DNA from: an uncultured archaeon
GTDB lineage: Archaea; Asgardarchaeota; Lokiarchaeia; Sigyniarchaeales; SOKP01
Reading direction: 5' to 3'
DNA length: 64,000 nucleotides
Assembly: GCA_964409945.1 (NCBI GenBank)
Contig: CAYPFJ010000013.1
Coordinates: 1,996 to 65,995 of the forward strand
Shown here: positions 30,018-38,993 of the stretch, piece by piece
How positions within the stretch are numbered: the first letter of the stretch is position 1
Layout of the letters: every line of letters starts with the position of its first letter
Notes under the pieces: generated by a model
Database searches by the model: none
What the model saw: only the letters and a program-made list of their open reading frames with translations
What the model was told of the DNA's origin: nothing
Translations under genes and position numbers: made by a program

Positions 30018-30228
30018 TTTTCAACAACTACTCCATTATCAAGGTTAATAAATGAATTTATTTCAAACTTTTATACTAATATATACTAAACAATTTCGCG
30101 TTAAAAATATGATTAAGTCTCTATTATTTAACAATGGTTAATAGCATACAAATATTTCTAAAATATTTATAAATGCTTCTTTTATCTACTAATATCATCT
30201 TAAATTAAAAAACTAAAATATAAGTCGC

Positions 30229-30501
30229 CTATACCTGCGCAAGATTCACGAATATCACATTATCTCCTCGAACTACGATTGATCCGAGGTTTTCATGTTC
30301 TTCTCGAATGTTACCCTCATCATCTTGATATTCGAAAATCTGACTGGTCTCTTCAAGATACAGATTTAAGTGTTCATCGAATCCACCAAGGCGTCCTCGG
30401 AACAAACGGTTACGTTTAACTTTAATGAGGATTATTTCATTTATGGATGACTTTAAATAATCAATTGGACGATTTGATCTCGAAAAACTTTCACGTGACA
30501 T
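30229..30501 (-). CDS. Sm-like (LSm/SmAP) RNA-binding protein
   Basis: Sm1 is ILIKVKRNRLFRGRLGGFDEHLNLYLEE and Sm2 is GSIVVRGDNVIFV. Confidence 0.9.
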   Translation of the reverse strand: MSRESFSRSNRPIDYLKSSINEIILIKVKRNRLFRGRLGGFDEHLNLYLEETSQIFEYQDDEGNIREEHENLGSIVVRGDNVIFVNLAQV

Positions 30502-30637
30502 TATTAATTAAACTCTAAAAAAGCAATTATTCATAAAAAAATATTTATAATTACTTTATGAATAAATTAAAATTAAAACCTTTTGATTATTTTTATAGGT
30601 TCATACTTAAATATTCACATGAAAATCAATGATAAAA

Positions 30638-30793
30638 GTGTCTAATGAAAAAAAAGAGAAGAAACAAAAAGTGTCTTGCTGTATTATGAATTGCCAAACA
30701 GAAATACCAATTGAAAAAGCAATAATAATCGAGGGTCAATATTTCCGTCCTATTTGCAGTGTAGTATACTACAGAAGCAAATTGAATATTTGA
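30638..30793 (+). CDS. Possible small Cys-containing protein (51 aa, GTG start)
   Basis: My translation is MSNEKKEKKQKVSCCIMNCQTEIPIEKAIIIEGQYFRPICSVVYYRSKLNI. There is no supporting motif. Confidence 0.2.
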   Translation: MSNEKKEKKQKVSCCIMNCQTEIPIEKAIIIEGQYFRPICSVVYYRSKLNI

Positions 30794-30822
30794 GTAATAT
30801 CTAAATTTTTATTTTACCATAC

Positions 30823-30830
30823 TTTTATAT
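30823..30830 (+). promoter_or_regulatory. Candidate archaeal TATA box (TTTTATAT) for the tRNA gene
   Basis: Lies about 26-33 nt upstream of the predicted mature tRNA 5' end, the expected TBP-site distance. Confidence 0.4.
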
Positions 30831-30855
30831 GAGTATATCTCAAGATTTTAGCTAA

Positions 30856-30933
30856 AGGCTCGTGGCGAAGCATGGATATCGCGGCAGCCTCCTAAGCTGA
30901 CGATCGGGGGTTCAAATCCCCCCGGGCCTGCCA
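30856..30933 (+). tRNA. tRNA-Arg (anticodon CCU), CCA encoded, no intron
   Basis: Manual cloverleaf fold. The acceptor AGGCTCG pairs with CGGGCCT, and the D arm is GCGA/TCGC with a GG-containing loop. The anticodon loop is CT-CCT-AA, and the T arm is GGGGG-TTCAAAT-CCCCC. The discriminator is G, followed by CCA and then a T5 run. There is one G-A mismatch at the top of the anticodon stem. Confidence 0.85.
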
Positions 30934-30980
30934 TTTTTCATTTTTAAAACTTTTTAAATGATAGTTATTTTTTCAGGTTA

Positions 30981-32927
30981 ATGAAAAAAAAATATGTTAC
31001 TAACCTATCTTATTTAAAAGTAATAGTGAAACCACGACTTCCAAAGCTCTTACATTCATTAAACAAAATTATAATGAGACATGGTTCTGTTCCATTAGTG
31101 AAGATTTTAGGGATAGTTTTAGGTTTAGGGTACGCTAAGAACAGTGTTAAAAGGTATCCTGAATGTATTGTAAAATTGAAAGATGGAACAAGATTAGCAA
31201 CAGATATCTATGTTCCAAAAAAGGTGTATAAGAAAAAGAACAAATGTCCAACAATATTAGTACGATTACCATATTGGAAGGATAGTATGAGTATTTTAGG
31301 CTATGCATATGCCGCTTTTGGATTCGTAACGATAATTCAAGATATACGAGGAACAGGTCACTCAAATGGATTCAATTATTATTTATTCACAGAAAGAGAT
31401 GACGGAATAGATACTTTAAAATGGATTTCTAAACAATATTGGTACAATGGGAAAATAGGTATGGGAGGAGCAAGTTATTTTGGTATAACTCAACTTGCAT
31501 TATCGTGGGATAATAATTATTTAACTTGTATTGCGCCAGGCATTACTTCAACCTTGAATTTATGGAAAAACAATGGAGGTCTCGAAATCCATGCTCTTAC
31601 AACTTCTATTTATAGAATAATGGTTAATATTTCGTCACACAGAGAGGCTCCTGAGGTAGATAATTTAACAAATTTAATGTATGAGAGATATTTAAATCCT
31701 CAATACGCATTATATAATGATCCCATTAAAAAGAAAAGCGGAATTAGATTATCTCATCTAAAAGGGAAATCTATTCAAGAAGTTCAAGATCTTTTAGTAT
31801 CATATTATAATGTTAACAACTTTGATCATTCAAAACGTAATCTCAAGATTTATTTTAAATTTTTAAATGATTTCTTAATTACACGAGGTTTAGATAAGGA
31901 CACATACAAAATGTCTGGATTTTTAGAAATGGATAGTAAAAAGTTCTCGCAACCTGCTTTTATGCTAGCTGGATGGCAAGATATGTTTTTTGAAAAACAA
32001 TTAGAGGACTTTATCGAAATTAAAAATAACGCTACTGGTGATGCTAGAAAATATTCAAAACTGCTTATAGGGTCGTGGGCACATGGTGCGAGTGGTCATC
32101 CTGAAAGCCGCATTAGAAATGCTGGAATGTTAAGATTTTATAAAGAATTTTTAAATCTTGCCTGGAACCGTCATTGGTTGATGGGAGATATGAATGCTTT
32201 TCCTGATATAAATAAACCTTCTATAAAGTATTGGGTTATAGGGAAAAATATTTGGAGATACACAGAGACGTGGCCCCCTGAAAATATTGATTATCAAAAA
32301 TTGTATATTCATTCTGTAAGAGGAGCAAATAGTCTAAAAGGAGATGGTGTATTAGATTTCAAAGAACCAATTAATGAATCAGAGGATACATATACTTTTA
32401 ATCCTATGGATCCTGTTATCACAAAAGGAGGTAGGAACTTAGGTATTTTAAAAGGAGCTCAAAATCAAAAAGATGCCGAAAAACGCAAGGATGTCTTAAT
32501 CTTCTCAACTAAACCTTTAAAAGAAGGATTAGAAATAACTGGCGCTGTAAGAATGATACTTTTTGCTTCCTCATCGGCGAAAGATACTGATTTCATGATC
32601 AAATTAGTAGACGTTTATCCTCGAGGAAAAGGGATAAATATTTTAGATGCTGGAATCAGGGCAAGATTTAGAAATAATGAAGATATTCCTTCCCTTATTG
32701 AGCCAAGGAAAGTCTATGAGTATGAGATAGAATTGGGAAATACATCTAATTATTTTAGGAAAGGACATCAAATACGAATAGAAATAACCTCAAGTAATTT
32801 TCCGCGATTTGATATAAATTCAAATTTAGGAGGAGAAGGTCAACCAGGAGATTACATCATAGCTGAACAGAAAATCTATCATACACGAGAATTTCCAAGT
32901 CATCTTCTAATTCCTGTTTTAAAATAG
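30981..32927 (+). CDS. CocE/NonD family hydrolase (X-Pro dipeptidyl-peptidase S15-like)
   Basis: LATDIYVPKK, ILVRLPYWKD, QDIRGTGHSNG, DGIDTLKWIS and GMGGASYFG (nucleophile elbow), plus the C-terminal beta-sandwich segment ITSSNFPRFD. Confidence 0.85.
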   Translation: MKKKYVTNLSYLKVIVKPRLPKLLHSLNKIIMRHGSVPLVKILGIVLGLGYAKNSVKRYPECIVKLKDGTRLATDIYVPKKVYKKKNKCPTILVRLPYWKDSMSILGYAYAAFGFVTIIQDIRGTGHSNGFNYYLFTERDDGIDTLKWISKQYWYNGKIGMGGASYFGITQLALSWDNNYLTCIAPGITSTLNLWKNNGGLEIHALTTSIYRIMVNISSHREAPEVDNLTNLMYERYLNPQYALYNDPIKKKSGIRLSHLKGKSIQEVQDLLVSYYNVNNFDHSKRNLKIYFKFLNDFLITRGLDKDTYKMSGFLEMDSKKFSQPAFMLAGWQDMFFEKQLEDFIEIKNNATGDARKYSKLLIGSWAHGASGHPESRIRNAGMLRFYKEFLNLAWNRHWLMGDMNAFPDINKPSIKYWVIGKNIWRYTETWPPENIDYQKLYIHSVRGANSLKGDGVLDFKEPINESEDTYTFNPMDPVITKGGRNLGILKGAQNQKDAEKRKDVLIFSTKPLKEGLEITGAVRMILFASSSAKDTDFMIKLVDVYPRGKGINILDAGIRARFRNNEDIPSLIEPRKVYEYEIELGNTSNYFRKGHQIRIEITSSNFPRFDINSNLGGEGQPGDYIIAEQKIYHTREFPSHLLIPVLK

Positions 32928-32948
32928 CAGATGATTGAATAAGATCGT

Positions 32949-33227
32949 TTAAAATATTTTCTCATAATATACCTTTAACTTATTACCAAATTTCTTTATA
33001 ATTTCTTGTAAAGACAAATCTAAATCAAGATCTCCTACCATCTTTCCGTTTTCATTACTTAGATAAGTATTTTTTAGTTTAAGTTTTAATTTTTTTAATA
33101 ATAAACTGTATACCTCATCAAATTTTTTCCCCAAATTCGATCTAGATAATGAAACTTTTACGATTTCCCCACTCTGGATTATCTTGAAAGATATAAACTC
33201 ATTAGTATGTTCATTTACATCATCCAT
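32949..33227 (-). CDS. Hypothetical small protein (beta-grasp/ubiquitin-like fold is a weak guess)
   Basis: 92-aa ORF. The alternating strand/helix pattern is ISFKIIQ, IVKVSLS, FDEVYSLLLKKLKL, KLKVYY. There is no C-terminal GG. Confidence 0.35.
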   Translation of the reverse strand: MDDVNEHTNEFISFKIIQSGEIVKVSLSRSNLGKKFDEVYSLLLKKLKLKLKNTYLSNENGKMVGDLDLDLSLQEIIKKFGNKLKVYYEKIF

Positions 33228-33397
33228 ATCTCTTAAAAAGTAATAAACTTAGATTTGTATTAAATCTATTATTTTTCTTATATTTAATTAATTTTAAAAT
33301 TCGACGTAATTCTTAAGAATGAAAAGAAGTCAAATTTATCGTTATAACACTTAGTACATAACGAGCCGTTTAAATAACACTGAAACACTATTATTAT

Positions 33398-35155
33398 TTG
33401 CCTAAAAAAAAAGAGGTGAAAATTTTGCCAAAAAGAATATTAAGAGTTAATATGAATAATCTAGAAGCTAAATTTGAAGATCTACCCGGAGATTATGCTG
33501 CTTTAGGAGGTCGTGGTATGACTTCAACAATAGTTGCTAAAGAAGTCCCACCAACTTGTAATCCATTAGGAATTCATAATAAATTAGTGTTTGCTCCCGG
33601 GATAGTCACAGGGACTGCTGCACCCTCAAGTGGAAGACTCTCTGTTGGGGGGAAGTCTCCATTAACAGGAGGTATTAAAGAAGCTAATGCAGGAACTCCA
33701 TTTGCTCAGATGTTAGCAAGAATGCGTATTGGAGCAATAATTATTGAAGGTAAACATGCTGGAGATGATTATTATCTTCTAAAAGTGACTATGGATGGTG
33801 GAAAATTTATAAATGCTAATAAATGGGCGGGAAAAGGTCTCTATGGTGTGTATAAAGATCTCCGTAAAGAATTTGGTGATAAAGTAGGGATATGTGGTGT
33901 AGGAATAGCAGCTGAACTCCTTGGAGCTATGTCAGGAGTTTGTTTTAACGATCCAGAAGGATTGCCTAGTAGGTATGCTGGAAGAGGCGGTTTAGGTGCT
34001 GTCATGGCATCTAAGGGTTTAAAATTTATAGTGGTCGATGAGAAAGGAGCTCTAGGAGTAGAAATTGCGAACCAAGAAGTATTCAAAGCAGGTATCACAA
34101 AATTAAGAGATGCGTTGACAACTCATGCCGTTACCAAACCAGGAGGAGCGCTCAATTCATATGGTACAGCCGTATTAGTGAATATTATTAATGAAGCAGG
34201 AGGTTTACCTCAACGAAATTTCTCTTATGGTCAAGATGAGCGAGCTGAGAAAGTCTCTGGTGAGGCTAAAGCTGAGGAAATAAAGAAGCGAGGAGGAACA
34301 CGCCCTCATTTCTGTAACCCTGGTTGTATTATACAGTGTTCAGAAGTGTGGGTAAAGCCAAATGGAAAAGACCCAGTCGGTGTTCTTGAATATGAAAGTG
34401 TTTGGGCTCTTGGACCTAATAGTGGTATCTACAATTTAGATGATATTGGTGAACTAAATCGAGCTTGTAATGATTTAGGATGTGATACAATTGAAGCAGG
34501 AGGTACTTTAGGAGTGGCAATGGAAGGTGGTTTAGTTAATTTTGGAGATGCTAAAGGAGCTTTAAAACTCATGGAAGAGATTCGTAATAAAACACCTACA
34601 GGAAGAATATTAGCTCAAGGTACTGAAATTACGGGTAAGGTTTTAGGAGTAACAAGAATCCCTACTGTAAAAGGTCAATCATTGCCAGCCTATGATCCTC
34701 GGGCAATAAAGGGTATTGGAGTTACCTTTGCCACGACTCCTATGGGCGCTGACCACACAGCAGGTTATGCAATTGCTCCAGAAATTCTAGGAGTTGGAGG
34801 AACATTAGATCCATTGGATCCAAAGAAAGCTGAAGTTTCACGTAACCTACAATTAGCTACCGCAGCTGTTGATGCCTCAGGATACTGTCTTTTCATTGCA
34901 TTTGCAATACTTGATATTCCTGAAGGATTGCAAGGTGTTGTCGAGTCTTTAAACGGTGTATTAGGAGCTAATCTAACTGTTGGTGATGTTGGACCAATTG
35001 GGAAGTCAATTATTGACACAGAACTTGAGTTCAATAAAAAAGCAGGATTTACATCAATGGATGATAGACTTCCAGAGTTTTTCTTAGAAGAAAAGCTCCC
35101 ACCGCATAATACTGTATTCGATGTACCAGATGCAGATTTAGATAGTGTGTTTTAA
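33398..35155 (+). CDS. aor: Tungsten-containing aldehyde:ferredoxin oxidoreductase (AOR family)
   Basis: ILRVNMNNLEAKFEDLP, LGGRGMTS, GRLSVGGKSPLTGG, and the C-terminal tungstopterin-binding domain GADHTAGY. The real start may be the GTG at 33416 (preceded by GAGG) rather than the TTG at 33398. Confidence 0.93.
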   Translation: MPKKKEVKILPKRILRVNMNNLEAKFEDLPGDYAALGGRGMTSTIVAKEVPPTCNPLGIHNKLVFAPGIVTGTAAPSSGRLSVGGKSPLTGGIKEANAGTPFAQMLARMRIGAIIIEGKHAGDDYYLLKVTMDGGKFINANKWAGKGLYGVYKDLRKEFGDKVGICGVGIAAELLGAMSGVCFNDPEGLPSRYAGRGGLGAVMASKGLKFIVVDEKGALGVEIANQEVFKAGITKLRDALTTHAVTKPGGALNSYGTAVLVNIINEAGGLPQRNFSYGQDERAEKVSGEAKAEEIKKRGGTRPHFCNPGCIIQCSEVWVKPNGKDPVGVLEYESVWALGPNSGIYNLDDIGELNRACNDLGCDTIEAGGTLGVAMEGGLVNFGDAKGALKLMEEIRNKTPTGRILAQGTEITGKVLGVTRIPTVKGQSLPAYDPRAIKGIGVTFATTPMGADHTAGYAIAPEILGVGGTLDPLDPKKAEVSRNLQLATAAVDASGYCLFIAFAILDIPEGLQGVVESLNGVLGANLTVGDVGPIGKSIIDTELEFNKKAGFTSMDDRLPEFFLEEKLPPHNTVFDVPDADLDSVF

Positions 35156-35174
35156 TTAGCAAGATGGGTAAAAA

Positions 35175-35459
35175 ATGTCAATTGATTTAAAATTATTCGG
35201 AGACTTAAGAAAAAAAGCAGATCCAAAGGTATCAGGAACCTTACCATTACGACTAAAGATCAGTGATTCAGACATAACTTGGATAGCAGATATCCTAAGG
35301 AAGTTTAATATTGAAGATGATGACGTTAGCCATATTTTCGTAAATGGAAGATATGCGGGATTTAAAAAGAGAGTAATAAATGGAGATAAAGTTTCGTTAT
35401 TTCCTCGGAATATGGGATTATTATACAAATGGTATTTTAAACGAGAAGAAGATGAATAA
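35175..35459 (+). CDS. MoaD/ThiS-like beta-grasp protein without a C-terminal Gly-Gly
   Basis: LKLFGDLRKK...HIFVNGRYAGFKKRVINGDKVSLFPR resembles MoaD/ThiS, but the protein ends ...YKWYFKREEDE. Confidence 0.55.
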   Translation: MSIDLKLFGDLRKKADPKVSGTLPLRLKISDSDITWIADILRKFNIEDDDVSHIFVNGRYAGFKKRVINGDKVSLFPRNMGLLYKWYFKREEDE

Positions 35460-35697
35460 TAATACAATTTCACTTACAGTAAAATTTTTTGCTACATTAA
35501 GGCAATATGGACCAATTAAGGAAGTTTTATCAATTCCAGAAAATAGTGAGATTAAGGTGCTATTCGATAAATATAATATTCCGAAGGATGAAAGGAGAGC
35601 AATAATTTTAGTTAATGGACGACCACATAAAAATCTTAAAACTATTCTTAAAGAGGGAGACTTAATTTCAATATTCCCTCCCATAGGTGGCGGTTAA
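35452..35697 (+). CDS. MoaD/ThiS/SAMP-type ubiquitin-like beta-grasp protein ending in Gly-Gly
   Basis: MNNNTISLTVKFFATLRQYG...ILVNGRPHK...EGDLISIFPPIGGG. The ATG at 35452 overlaps the preceding gene by 8 nt (ATGAATAA). The longer track ORF starting at 35380 is probably not the true start. Confidence 0.8.
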   Translation: MNNNTISLTVKFFATLRQYGPIKEVLSIPENSEIKVLFDKYNIPKDERRAIILVNGRPHKNLKTILKEGDLISIFPPIGGG

Positions 35698-35750
35698 ACC
35701 GTCTTAAATACTAATTCTCTTTTTTTCATTTTTTTTTTCAAAACAGAAAG

Positions 35751-36041
35751 GTTGAAAAGGCAATTGTAGATATCTCTGTTAAGATTTCGAAACAAGAATT
35801 AGATCAGAAAACAAATATCAAAATCGAATTTCTTGATAATGGTATTGGTATTATTGATAAAAGGAAAGAAGTAATATTTCAGCGAGGTAAGAGAGCACTG
35901 AATGGTTCTAAGGGGATGGGAATTGGTCTCTCTCTCGTAAGTAAAATAATTCAAATTTTCAATGATAAAATTTGGGTTGAAGATAGAATAAAAGGAGATT
36001 ATACCAAAGGGAGTAATTTTATTACATTATTGCCAAAATAG
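35751..36041 (+). pseudogene. Orphan C-terminal fragment of a sensor histidine kinase (HATPase_c G1/G2 boxes only)
   Basis: My translation is VEKAIVDISVKISKQELDQKTNIKIEFLDNGIGIIDKRKEVIFQRGKRALNGSKGMGIGLSLVSKIIQIFNDKIWVEDRIKGDYTKGSNFITLLPK. There is no in-frame start, no H-box/DHp region and no N box upstream, and a stop lies at 35712. Confidence 0.7.
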
Positions 36042-36083
36042 AAATTCTAAGCAGTATAAAGAAAAAAAAGATAATTAATATTA

Positions 36084-37475
36084 TTAAAGATTCATTTCCT
36101 CTAATTTTAGTTTGTTGTGCGTCGCATCCTCTTTGGATATTTTGTACATAAGTGCAAAAGCAATTGTCCCTATTATAAATATAATCATCGGTATTATAGA
36201 CATTTGAAAGATTAAACCGAATTTAGCAGTATTACTATTTCCTGTTCCAAGAGCAGTATCATAACCAGTTATTCCAGAGACTATTGCAAATATTATTGTT
36301 TGGAAGAAGTAAGAGAATGCTGTGAAAAATTTCCACACACTTGTATAACTTCCTTCTTCTCGTTTTCCTGAGGTAACTGAAGCATTATCAATTCCTTCTG
36401 CTCTTAATAAACCATAAATTGCTCCAGAAGTTGCGCTAAATCCGACACCCTGAAATGTAAACATAAGAATGAGCCCTGGCAAACTGGTTATAAAGAATAA
36501 AAGGAAGAACCCAATTATATTTAATCCCATTCCTAGTATATAGGCTTTTTTGTTACCTATTTTTTTTGATATCCATACCCATAAAGGAGCTAAAGCAAAT
36601 CCAATAAAGTATAGCATAACCAGCGGTATTGCTGTAGCACCAATTTCCAATCCTAGACTATCTACTACGAAAAAATTAAGTCCATATAAGAAACAAGCTC
36701 CACCAACGGCCCATGTAAAACCTGCGATAACAATTCCCATCCAATTTTTATCTTTAAAAATTCGATTAATAATTTCCTTTACTGGAGAAGTTGCTCTGTT
36801 GGTTGCATCTAATTCTGCGCGAAATGTTTTCATCTCCTCTGGCTCTCTTATCCCATAATTATATGGTATAACAAAAAGATATGCAATAACAACTATAATT
36901 ATAACTGTAACTAAATAACCTAGCCCCTCTATTAAACTTGGAACCAAACCATTAGCTACAATAGAAATAATACCACCAAGAATAGATCCGATCCAAATTA
37001 CCTTACCCCTATGAGAAGATCCCCTAAATAAATCAGGAAATAAAGCATTATGATTTATCTCAACACTAGTCATAAATGTATCATGCAAAATCATAGTAAA
37101 AATTAGCCAAATCACTAACACAGTTATATTCGATGAAATTTGAATAAAACTAAATATCAGAATAACTGGGCCAAAAATCAACCCAACCATGATCCACGGA
37201 TACCTTTTTCCAAATCGAGATGTAAATCTTTTTGATCTATCTGCTAAATAACCTATTACGGGATCATTTATAGCTTCTAAAATGGAGTACACAAGATAAA
37301 TCACAGCTATAAATATTTGAGGAATTAAAAGAATATTTGCTGCAAAAAATTGAATTTGACCCCACATGGCAAACAAGAATCCAGTACTAACCCCTTGTAA
37401 TGTGAAAAGTATTATTCTTTTGTTAGTTATAATCTCAGAATATTTAGCTTTTTGAGGTTCTGACATTTTTCTCAC
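36084..37475 (-). CDS. MFS transporter of the glycoside-pentoside-hexuronide (GPH) cation symporter family
   Basis: About 12 hydrophobic segments plus the GPH signature DPVIGYLADRSKRFTSRFGKRYPWIMVG. Confidence 0.85.
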   Translation of the reverse strand: MRKMSEPQKAKYSEIITNKRIILFTLQGVSTGFLFAMWGQIQFFAANILLIPQIFIAVIYLVYSILEAINDPVIGYLADRSKRFTSRFGKRYPWIMVGLIFGPVILIFSFIQISSNITVLVIWLIFTMILHDTFMTSVEINHNALFPDLFRGSSHRGKVIWIGSILGGIISIVANGLVPSLIEGLGYLVTVIIIVVIAYLFVIPYNYGIREPEEMKTFRAELDATNRATSPVKEIINRIFKDKNWMGIVIAGFTWAVGGACFLYGLNFFVVDSLGLEIGATAIPLVMLYFIGFALAPLWVWISKKIGNKKAYILGMGLNIIGFFLLFFITSLPGLILMFTFQGVGFSATSGAIYGLLRAEGIDNASVTSGKREEGSYTSVWKFFTAFSYFFQTIIFAIVSGITGYDTALGTGNSNTAKFGLIFQMSIIPMIIFIIGTIAFALMYKISKEDATHNKLKLEEMNL

Positions 37476-37641
37476 AATTTTAGATTATTTTTTATGTCTA
37501 CTTTTATTTGATTATAAATTTTAGTTAATTTTATTTTTCAACTTAAAACTATTTATAGATTTATTTGGTTCTTTAAAAAAGCTCATATGATAAAATTAAT
37601 ATCTTTTAATTTTTATTTAGAGTAAAGAAATAAAGAGGATT

Positions 37642-38220
37642 TCAAACTAATTCTTCTTTTTTAATCCAATCTCTTCTAAACAACCCGAATTGGTGGAAAT
37701 CAACATAGTTTCCATCGACATACATATCTTCTTTTAAAAGTCCTTCTTGTTGAAAGCCTAATTTTTCAGCTGCCCTAAGTAATCTTTTATTTGGATTGAT
37801 AATAGTTGCATATATCTTATGGAAATTTAATTCTGTAAATCCATAATTAATTAACATTTTGGCAGCTTCACCTATAGAACCTTTTCCCCAATAATCTGGC
37901 TCTCCGATTAAAGCACCTATAAAGGCATTACGATTTATCCAATTGATACGATTAAACCCGATACTACCGATAGGGCACTTATCATTTTTATGGTAGATCG
38001 TAAAATATACTCCCTCTTTTACACCATGTTCCGATGGAGGTTCGAACCATTTTTTAACTTCTTCAGGAGTTCTCGGCATAACGTGGTGAGCAAAATGACA
38101 TACTTCTGAATTATTATGCCATTTACAATATAAAGTAATCCATTTAGAATTTGGGGCTAATAAATCTATTCTTTCTCCCTCAATAAAAGGGAAAATTTGG
38201 ATCTCTTCTTTCTCCCTCAA
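37642..38220 (-). CDS. GNAT N-acetyltransferase, RimJ/RimL-like (array copy 1); 5' end remodelled by a 37-bp duplication, TTG start in the ORF track
   Basis: FIEGERIDLLAP...GEPDYWGKGSIGEAAKMLINYGF...NPNKRLLRAAEKLGFQQEG has the Acetyltransf_3-type layout. Confidence 0.8.
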   Translation of the reverse strand: MREKEEIQIFPFIEGERIDLLAPNSKWITLYCKWHNNSEVCHFAHHVMPRTPEEVKKWFEPPSEHGVKEGVYFTIYHKNDKCPIGSIGFNRINWINRNAFIGALIGEPDYWGKGSIGEAAKMLINYGFTELNFHKIYATIINPNKRLLRAAEKLGFQQEGLLKEDMYVDGNYVDFHQFGLFRRDWIKKEELV

Positions 38221-38251
38221 TAAAAGGGAAAATTTGGATCTCTTCTTTCTC
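38169..38251. repeat. Direct tandem duplication, 37-bp unit x 2.2 copies, spanning the 5' end of GNAT copy 1
   Basis: 38169..38205 is identical to 38206..38242, and 9 further nt repeat again. Confidence 0.95.
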
Positions 38252-38360
38252 TTCTTCCGTCATTTAAAACTACCAGAATATTTTTAGAAATTAATATAAT
38301 TAATATATATATTTAAGAGATTGAATAGATTAAAATCTTAGGAATTAAATTTGACTAGTT

Positions 38361-38942
38361 TTAATCATTTGATTTTTCTTTTCTTTTTATCCAATCTTCC
38401 TTTAATAAACTATAAGTTTTTACTCCAAGGTGTTTACCGTCAAGATAGAATTCATCTTCTTTTATGCCTTCAAACTGAAAGCCACATTTTTCAGCAACAC
38501 TCCAAGACCCAATGTTTTCCACACAAACTCCACCGTGTAATTTATTGAGATTTAATTCATTGAAAGCGTATTCATTAAGTAATTCTGTAGCCTCTGTAGC
38601 AATTTTTTTACCCCAATAATCAGGTTCTCCAATTCGTATAAAAGCATTTGCCCATCCGTTAATCCAATCTATCCAACCCACGCCTACATGACCAATAGGC
38701 TTTTTATCCTTATTATGCCAGATTTCGAAAGATACAAAATAAGGCATTTCCCAATCTCGTGGTTCAAACCACTTTTTAACATTCTCTACTCTACTTGGTA
38801 TAATATTCCTCGCATATTTACGTACTTCAGGATCATTGAGCCATTTAACATACAAGTTTATATTTTCTAAATTTTGAGGTATAAAACTTATAGTTTCTCC
38901 TTCAATAAAGACAGGAACCTCTTTATTTTCCTTTTCTTCCAT
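38361..38942 (-). CDS. GNAT N-acetyltransferase, RimJ/RimL-like (array copy 2)
   Basis: VPVFIEGETISFIP, LNDPEVRKYARN, IDWINGWANAFIRIGEPDYWGK, SWSVAEKCGFQFEG. Confidence 0.85.
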   Translation of the reverse strand: MEEKENKEVPVFIEGETISFIPQNLENINLYVKWLNDPEVRKYARNIIPSRVENVKKWFEPRDWEMPYFVSFEIWHNKDKKPIGHVGVGWIDWINGWANAFIRIGEPDYWGKKIATEATELLNEYAFNELNLNKLHGGVCVENIGSWSVAEKCGFQFEGIKEDEFYLDGKHLGVKTYSLLKEDWIKRKEKSND

Positions 38943-38993
38943 TATTATTGTTAAATCGTAATTTTTTTGGTTTTATATTTAATTTTAATTAAT

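Noticed and set aside
35380-35451. The longer start (MEIKFRYFLGIWDYY...) of the track ORF 35380..35697
   Set aside because: That N-terminal stretch is the out-of-frame overlap with the preceding beta-grasp gene. The MoaD/ThiS fold begins at MNNNTISLTVKFF (ATG 35452), giving a typical 81-aa protein and a coupling overlap.
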